64,000 nucleotides of DNA, from the NCBI GenBank assembly GCA_963664405.1, contig OY761158.1:3360001-3424000 (forward strand). Direction: 5' to 3'. Positions 58,102 through 64,000 of the stretch are shown one piece after another (position 1 is the first letter of the stretch; each line of letters begins with the position of its first letter). This DNA is from Thermoanaerobaculia bacterium (GTDB taxonomy: Bacteria; Acidobacteriota; Thermoanaerobaculia; Multivoradales; Multivoraceae). A program made the translations under genes and the position numbers. Under the pieces are notes generated by a model. It made no database searches and was not told the origin of the DNA. It worked only from the letters and a program-made list of their open reading frames with translations.

Positions 58102-59373
58102 ATGAGTAGCACCGTCTGGAACCAGCTCTTAGACCAACTCGACCGGACCCTCCCGGCCGAAGAGGTTCGCACTTGGTTTCGTCCCCTGAGGGTCGAATCC
58201 GAGAGCGAGCACCAGCTCGTTCTGCGCGCTCCCAACCAGCGCTTCGTCTCCTCTCTGGAGGAAGCCTACCGGCCGGTCGTCGATCGGGCCATTGGCACTC
58301 TTCAGGGCGCCTCCTATGAGGTTCTGTTCTCGGTCGGGAATGGGGGGGCTGAGAAGGCCGATCCCTTCGACCCACGCTATCGATTCGACACCTTTGTGGT
58401 GGGCAACTCGAATCAGCTGGCTCATGCTGCCGCGAGGGCCGTCGCCGAGCGCCCGGGTCGCAGCTATAACCCCCTCTTCCTCTACGGCGGCGTGGGCCTC
58501 GGTAAGACCCATCTTCTCTACGCCATCGGGTACGAGATTCGCCGTCGGAATCCGAAGCTCCGAGTGAAGTATTTTCCTACCGAGCAATTCGTCAACGAGC
58601 TCATCAACTCGATCCGATTCGATCGAACGGTTGCCTTTCGCGAGCGTTACCGCTCTATCGATGTGCTGCTGATCGACGACGTTCAATTTCTCGCCAACAA
58701 AGAGCGTACACAGGAAGAATTCTTCCACACATTCAACACGCTCTACACATCACAGAAACAGATCATTCTCTCCTCCGACTCATCTCCGAGGAAGATCCCC
58801 ACCCTCCAAGAACGGCTCCGAAGTCGCTTTGAATGGGGCCTTATCGCCGATATCGGCTCTCCCGATCTCGAAACCAAGGTGGCCATCCTGCGGCGAAAGG
58901 CGAGCGCCGAGGGAGTCAATCTACCTGACGATGTGGCTCTCTTCATTGCCCGACAGGTGCGATCGAATATTCGCGAGCTCGAAGGTCTCCTGAACCGCGT
59001 TCTCGCGTATTCATCCCTGACCGCGCGAAGCCTCGATCTCAATCTCACCAAGGAGACCCTCAAAGACATCCTGCTCGACGGGGATCGTCGCACCAAGGCG
59101 GCGGAGGTGATCAAATACGTCGCCCGTTTCTACGGTCTTCGCCTCACAGAGATCAAGAGCAAGAACAACTCACGGCCTATCGCCTTTCCTCGCCAGGTAG
59201 CCATGTACCTGTGCAAGCGATTGACGGATCTGTCCTATCCCGAAATCGGCAAGAACTTCAACGACAAGCATCACTCCACGGTGATGTATTCGGTGGAGAA
59301 GATCGAGCAGCTGAGGAGGAAGGATCCTGACCTCGATCGCTCGATCCAGGACATGCTCAATCAGTTCTCCTGA
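58102..59373 (+). CDS. dnaA: chromosomal replication initiator DnaA
   Basis: YNPLFLYGGVGLGKTHL, IDDVQF, RLRSRF, RELEG, RQVAMY, KHHSTV. Confidence 0.98.
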   Translation: MSSTVWNQLLDQLDRTLPAEEVRTWFRPLRVESESEHQLVLRAPNQRFVSSLEEAYRPVVDRAIGTLQGASYEVLFSVGNGGAEKADPFDPRYRFDTFVVGNSNQLAHAAARAVAERPGRSYNPLFLYGGVGLGKTHLLYAIGYEIRRRNPKLRVKYFPTEQFVNELINSIRFDRTVAFRERYRSIDVLLIDDVQFLANKERTQEEFFHTFNTLYTSQKQIILSSDSSPRKIPTLQERLRSRFEWGLIADIGSPDLETKVAILRRKASAEGVNLPDDVALFIARQVRSNIRELEGLLNRVLAYSSLTARSLDLNLTKETLKDILLDGDRRTKAAEVIKYVARFYGLRLTEIKSKNNSRPIAFPRQVAMYLCKRLTDLSYPEIGKNFNDKHHSTVMYSVEKIEQLRRKDPDLDRSIQDMLNQFS

Positions 59374-59698
59374 GTCGCCGCCGGTCGCCCCCTTCGACCG
59401 CCCCCTCCCATCCCTTAGCTTCCGGTGGTGCCCTCGGTTGTGGGTCTCTATCTGTGGAAACCTTCGGTTTCGGCTGTGCATAGATTGAGGATTACGGCTC
59501 GGCTTCCATGCCTCCCGCAAATAGGGGCCCTTTTTCGACCTGAAATCCGGCTCGGATCCACTGTGCGTTCCACATCCTCTGTAGTACCCCAAGAGGTTGA
59601 ACGGAAAGCACATATAGAAAGATTTCCGAGTTTCCACAGCGCCTAGCTACTACGACTACTGTGTTATATAAAGAGATATCGGAGGAGGAAGACAAACC
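59374..59698. other. oriC (dnaA-dnaN intergenic) with basal unwinding system
   Basis: DnaA-box-like 9-mers at 59453, 59475, 59566, 59630; then GCGCC, CTA trios (59647-59660) and AT-rich TTATATAAA. Confidence 0.85.
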
Positions 59699-60799
59699 AT
59701 GGAGCTTCGGTGTAATCGCAGTATTCTGCTCAACGAGCTAGGGCCGATGCAAGGAGTAGTGGAGCGTAAGACCACAATCCCAGTCCTCTCCCACATCTTG
59801 TTGACCGCCCGCGACCAGCAGCTACATATCGCGGCGACAGACCTGGACGTGTCGCTGACATCTTCTTGCGAGGCCGAAGTCGCGCAAGAAGGGGGTATCG
59901 CTATCCAGGCGAGGAAGTTCCTCGAGATCATCCGTTCTCTCGCTGGTGAGGAGGTCCATCTTCTCCAGGAAGACCCGAATATCCTGAGTATCCATGCGAT
60001 GCAATCGCGCTTCAAGCTCAATGGGCTTGCGCCTGAGGACTTTCCGACCCTTCCCGAAGCAGCTTCGGGAGACACTCTCGAGCTACCCTTCGCAGAGTTT
60101 CGAAGAATGATCTCGAAGATCATCTTCGCGGTCTCGGCGGAGGAGTCTAGGTTCCAGCTCAACGGTGCGCTGCTGTTGGAAAAGGACGGTTCCTTCGAGA
60201 TGGTCGCTACCGACGGTCACCGTCTGGCTCTGGTCGAGATCGCTCAAGAGGGCGCGTCGGCAAAGGAGGGTGTGTTGGTACCGCGCAAAGCCCTGCAGGA
60301 GCTCCAGCGCTTCGAGAGCGACGGGAATCTCGAGTTCTCGAGAGGGGAGCATCACCTCTCTTTTCGAGTGGGTCGCCGAGAGTTGATCTGTCGAATTCTG
60401 GAGGGGACCTTTCCCGACCACGAGCGTGCCATCGCCAAGGATAACGACAAGAAGGCTATATTCGACGCTCGGGCGCTGGCGTCGACGACCCAGCGCGTAG
60501 CTCTTCTCACAGGCGATCGGGCTCGCGCCATTCGCTTGCAGATGGGTCCTGACCTACTGGTGGTTTCAACCGCCAATCCGGATCTGGGAGAAGCCGTTGA
60601 GGAAGTTGCCTGTGAGTATCCCGGAGGGGAAGAGTTCCGGCTCGGCGTCAACCCGGACTATCTCTCCCAGTTTCTTGCGGCGGTGGAGACCGAAAAGGTG
60701 CGCTTCGAGTTCAAGGACGAGAATAGCCAGTGTGTTGGCTATCCGATCGATGGAGAGGACACCCGTTACCTCTGCGTCATCATGCCGATGAGGATCTAG
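59699..60799 (+). CDS. dnaN: DNA polymerase III beta clamp
   Basis: TIPVLS, ATDLD, VATDGHRL, LEGTFPD, VIMPMRI. Confidence 0.97.
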   Translation: MELRCNRSILLNELGPMQGVVERKTTIPVLSHILLTARDQQLHIAATDLDVSLTSSCEAEVAQEGGIAIQARKFLEIIRSLAGEEVHLLQEDPNILSIHAMQSRFKLNGLAPEDFPTLPEAASGDTLELPFAEFRRMISKIIFAVSAEESRFQLNGALLLEKDGSFEMVATDGHRLALVEIAQEGASAKEGVLVPRKALQELQRFESDGNLEFSRGEHHLSFRVGRRELICRILEGTFPDHERAIAKDNDKKAIFDARALASTTQRVALLTGDRARAIRLQMGPDLLVVSTANPDLGEAVEEVACEYPGGEEFRLGVNPDYLSQFLAAVETEKVRFEFKDENSQCVGYPIDGEDTRYLCVIMPMRI

Positions 60800-60961
60800 T
60801 GCCGTGTCTCCGACATGGCTTACCAATATCTCGGCCCCTTTAGCCCGCTGCCGTCGTCGCGACTCGTCGACATATTCCCAATATGCCTGCCTCGTCGCTC
60901 CTTGACAGCGAATAAAATGACCTCGAGCTCTTGGCAAGCCATGTCGGAGACACAACACTAG
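60796..60961. mobile_element. 166-bp MITE-like palindromic element D
   Basis: 31-bp terminal IR with 3 mismatches; starts at the dnaN TAG; core homologous to 36550-36715. Confidence 0.85.
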
Positions 60962-60991
60962 GAAGGAGAACCTTCCGGCTAGAGAACCTCG

Positions 60992-62062
60992 TTGCTTTCC
61001 GGACTCACCCTTCACCAGTTCCGCAATCTCGAACACTTCCAGCTGCGGCTCGAGCCTGGCACGAACGTCTTGCTCGGCAGCAACGGTAGCGGTAAGACCA
61101 GCCTGTTGGAGGCAGCGCACGTAGCGGCTACGACCCGCAGCTTTCGTACCGCGCAGATTGCCGATTGCGCCTCTCTTTTGCCGTTGGAGCAAGAGGAGTC
61201 GGCAGAGCCAGGCTTCTCGGTCCGTGCGGAGGTTGTTGGCAAGAGTAGGGCGGAGTTGGCCGTCGTTTGGAATCGAGAGGGTCTCCAGCGAAGTCTCAAT
61301 TCAAAGGCCTCGACGCTTCAGGAATACCTGGGCGCTCTACCGGTCATCGCTTGGACCGCTCGCGAAGACGAGATCCTGGCGGGAGTTCCTGATCGTCGGC
61401 GACGGATGATCGACGCCGGGTTGGTGGCGGAAGACTCGAACAACCTTGGGGTACTGTCGCGCTACCGCAGGGCTCTGGCGCAGAAGAGGGAGCTCCTGAA
61501 GCGAGGCCATGGCGGCCTGGAAGAGTGGAATCGGCTGCTGGCGGAGGGCGCGGTCGAGCTCGTTGCCGCTCGATCCGAGTGGGTCGCTCGCCTTCGCAGC
61601 GGGGTGAAGGAAGCTCTCGATGAGTCCGGTCTCACGTTCCCACCCATCGACCTCCGCTACGAGCCCTCGCCACCGAGCGCCCTCGACGGAGTCGAATCAA
61701 CCTTTGGGAGCCTTGCCGAAGTCGCGGACGAAGAAAGGCGACAGAGAAGGCCGCTTCTGGGGCCGCATCGAGATCGACTGTGGATTCTCTGGGGCGGCAT
61801 CGATGTCTCCCGGGTAGCTTCCGCCGGCGAGCGCAAGGCGCTCGGGTTGCTGCTTGCGAGCGCTCAGGCTGCTCTGGTCGAGGCGCGGGGAAAAGAGCCT
61901 CTGATCCTCGCCGACGACTTCGACTCGGAGCTCGACCTGCGTGCCCTGGCGGCTGTGTGGCGGGTGCTCGGGAGCCAACGCCAAGTGCTTGCGAGTACCA
62001 ACAGAGAGGAGATTCTGACCACCCTCGAAGGCGCACTGACCCATCGCTTGGGTGGGCTCTGA
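60992..62062 (+). CDS. recF: DNA replication/repair protein RecF
   Basis: FRNL, GSNGSGKTSLLEA, RSFR, GPHRD, SAGERK, DDFDSELD. Confidence 0.93.
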   Translation: MLSGLTLHQFRNLEHFQLRLEPGTNVLLGSNGSGKTSLLEAAHVAATTRSFRTAQIADCASLLPLEQEESAEPGFSVRAEVVGKSRAELAVVWNREGLQRSLNSKASTLQEYLGALPVIAWTAREDEILAGVPDRRRRMIDAGLVAEDSNNLGVLSRYRRALAQKRELLKRGHGGLEEWNRLLAEGAVELVAARSEWVARLRSGVKEALDESGLTFPPIDLRYEPSPPSALDGVESTFGSLAEVADEERRQRRPLLGPHRDRLWILWGGIDVSRVASAGERKALGLLLASAQAALVEARGKEPLILADDFDSELDLRALAAVWRVLGSQRQVLASTNREEILTTLEGALTHRLGGL

Positions 62063-62186
62063 GACGACCCCGAACAAAACTTATAAGTGTCGCATAATCA
62101 GACACTTACGGATTGTGGTCAGGGCCTCGTCTGTGATATGATCTGGCTGGTTGCATAGAGAGTGGGAGGACGTGCTCGATGGCTGA

Positions 62187-64000
<1,814 letters not shown>

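Overview
GC-rich bacterial chromosome segment, probably Acidobacteriota (Thermoanaerobaculia-like; inferred from gene content and bshC-bshB1-bshA), that contains the replication origin. Housekeeping genes: pgk-tpiA-secG-tRNA-Leu, bacillithiol synthesis genes, dusB, tmRNA, mtnA/metB, comEA, two lepB copies, pyrKD, rpmH-rnpA-yidD-yidC-jag-rsmG-parAB with two parS sites, two tRNA-Ser, tadA, SRP RNA, dnaX-ybaB-recR, mutY and dnaA-oriC-dnaN-recF-gyrB. Four things stand out. (1) An intact IS1111-type IS110 element (5443-6920) sits inside a CTAG-bounded repeat. Empty copies of its target occur elsewhere in the window, and its non-coding end contains four readable guide segments that match the target and donor junctions (bridge/seekRNA architecture). 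(2) CTAG-bounded miniature repeats sit on TAG stop codons; two 166-bp elements share a core but have completely different terminal inverted repeats. (3) A tmRNA-adjacent islet is made of gene fragments, including an unannotated 50-aa in-frame internally deleted trpS. (4) A ~16.6-kb envelope-sensing module of unknown function combines an orphan solute-binding protein, a histidine kinase and a sigma54 activator with sigma54 promoters upstream of a TPR gene and of a VIT-vWA / beta-propeller / ECF sigma / zinc-anti-sigma-vWA / 1045-aa repeat-protein gene run. All calls come from reading the sequence and recognising motifs; no database searches were run.
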